Source: Phycisphaerae bacterium (GTDB taxonomy: Bacteria; Planctomycetota; Phycisphaerae; Phycisphaerales; Phycisphaeraceae). From it: 64,000 bases of DNA. A program made the position numbers and the translations under genes. The notes beneath the pieces were generated by a model. That model was not told where the DNA came from. It saw only the letters and a list, made by a program, of their open reading frames with translations, and did not search any database. Where the stretch lies: NCBI GenBank assembly GCA_030425705.1, contig JAUHZU010000004.1:267132-331131 (forward strand), read 5' to 3'. Below, piece by piece: positions 63,734-64,000 of the stretch. Every line of letters starts with the position of its first letter. Positions within the stretch are counted from its first letter, which is position 1.

Positions 63734-64000
63734 ACTACGCCACGGTCGCAACGATCGGCTCGAGCGACTGTGTGTCGCGCTCGCGGACGAGGTTCTCGAC
63801 GCACCGCTCCAGCGGGACCGCGCCCAGGTCGCCGGCGTCGCGGTGGCGGACGCTGACCGTCCGCGCCTCGGCGTCCTTGCCGCCGACGACGAGCATGTAG
63901 GGCAGGCGGTCTTCCTCCGCCGACTTGATCTTCCCACCCAGGCGGTCGTTGCCATCATCCAGCGTGACGCGCAGGCGCTCCTGCTTCAGCCGCGCTTCGA
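63734..64000 (-). CDS. thrS: Threonyl-tRNA synthetase, C-terminal anticodon-binding domain (5' part outside the window)
   Basis: Manual minus-strand translation gives …RLRVTLDDGNDRLGGKIKSAEEDRLPYMLVVGGKDAEARTVSVRHRDAGDLGAVPLERCVENLVRERDTQSLE*, which matches the ThrRS C-terminus pattern (…KIREH...VPYMLVCGDKE...VAVRTR...LG...). Confidence 0.7.

Overview
This is a high-GC (~70%) bacterial chromosomal window whose gene content points to a planctomycete-type genome. The pointers are two tandem PSCyt1/PSCyt2(DUF1549)/PSD1(DUF1553) + DUF1501 gene pairs, SUMF1/FGE-domain proteins next to a sulfatase, and many ORFan genes. Recognisable housekeeping genes are nrdA (3' end), nrdB, a PPi/ATP-phosphofructokinase, ddl, greA, apbE and thrS (3' end). 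There is also an Mla-like lipid-transport ABC operon (STAS–permease–ATPase–MCE), an alpha-2-macroglobulin gene divergent from a Ser/Thr kinase, a GAF–PP2C phosphatase and an aldo/keto reductase. The most striking feature is a ~13 kb minus-strand operon at 20985–33724: NfeD–flotillin–1935-aa AAA+ giant protein–membrane/coiled-coil protein–PspA/IM30 (ESCRT-III superfamily)–classic AAA ATPase. I interpret it as a candidate, apparently uncharacterised, membrane-remodelling/stress machine. Other notable structure: REP-like palindromic repeats bracketing a partly low-GC island (13.1–14.6 kb), an inverted-repeat-flanked cassette with a four-helix-bundle (TIGR02436-like) gene abutting the ddl start, an identical 29-bp palindromic bidirectional terminator used at two convergent gene junctions, and several small lower-GC ORFan genes scattered between high-GC genes, one inside the Mla operon. 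No rRNA, tRNA, CRISPR or transposase genes were recognised. Many long antisense ORFs in the ORF track are high-GC shadow frames and were rejected.
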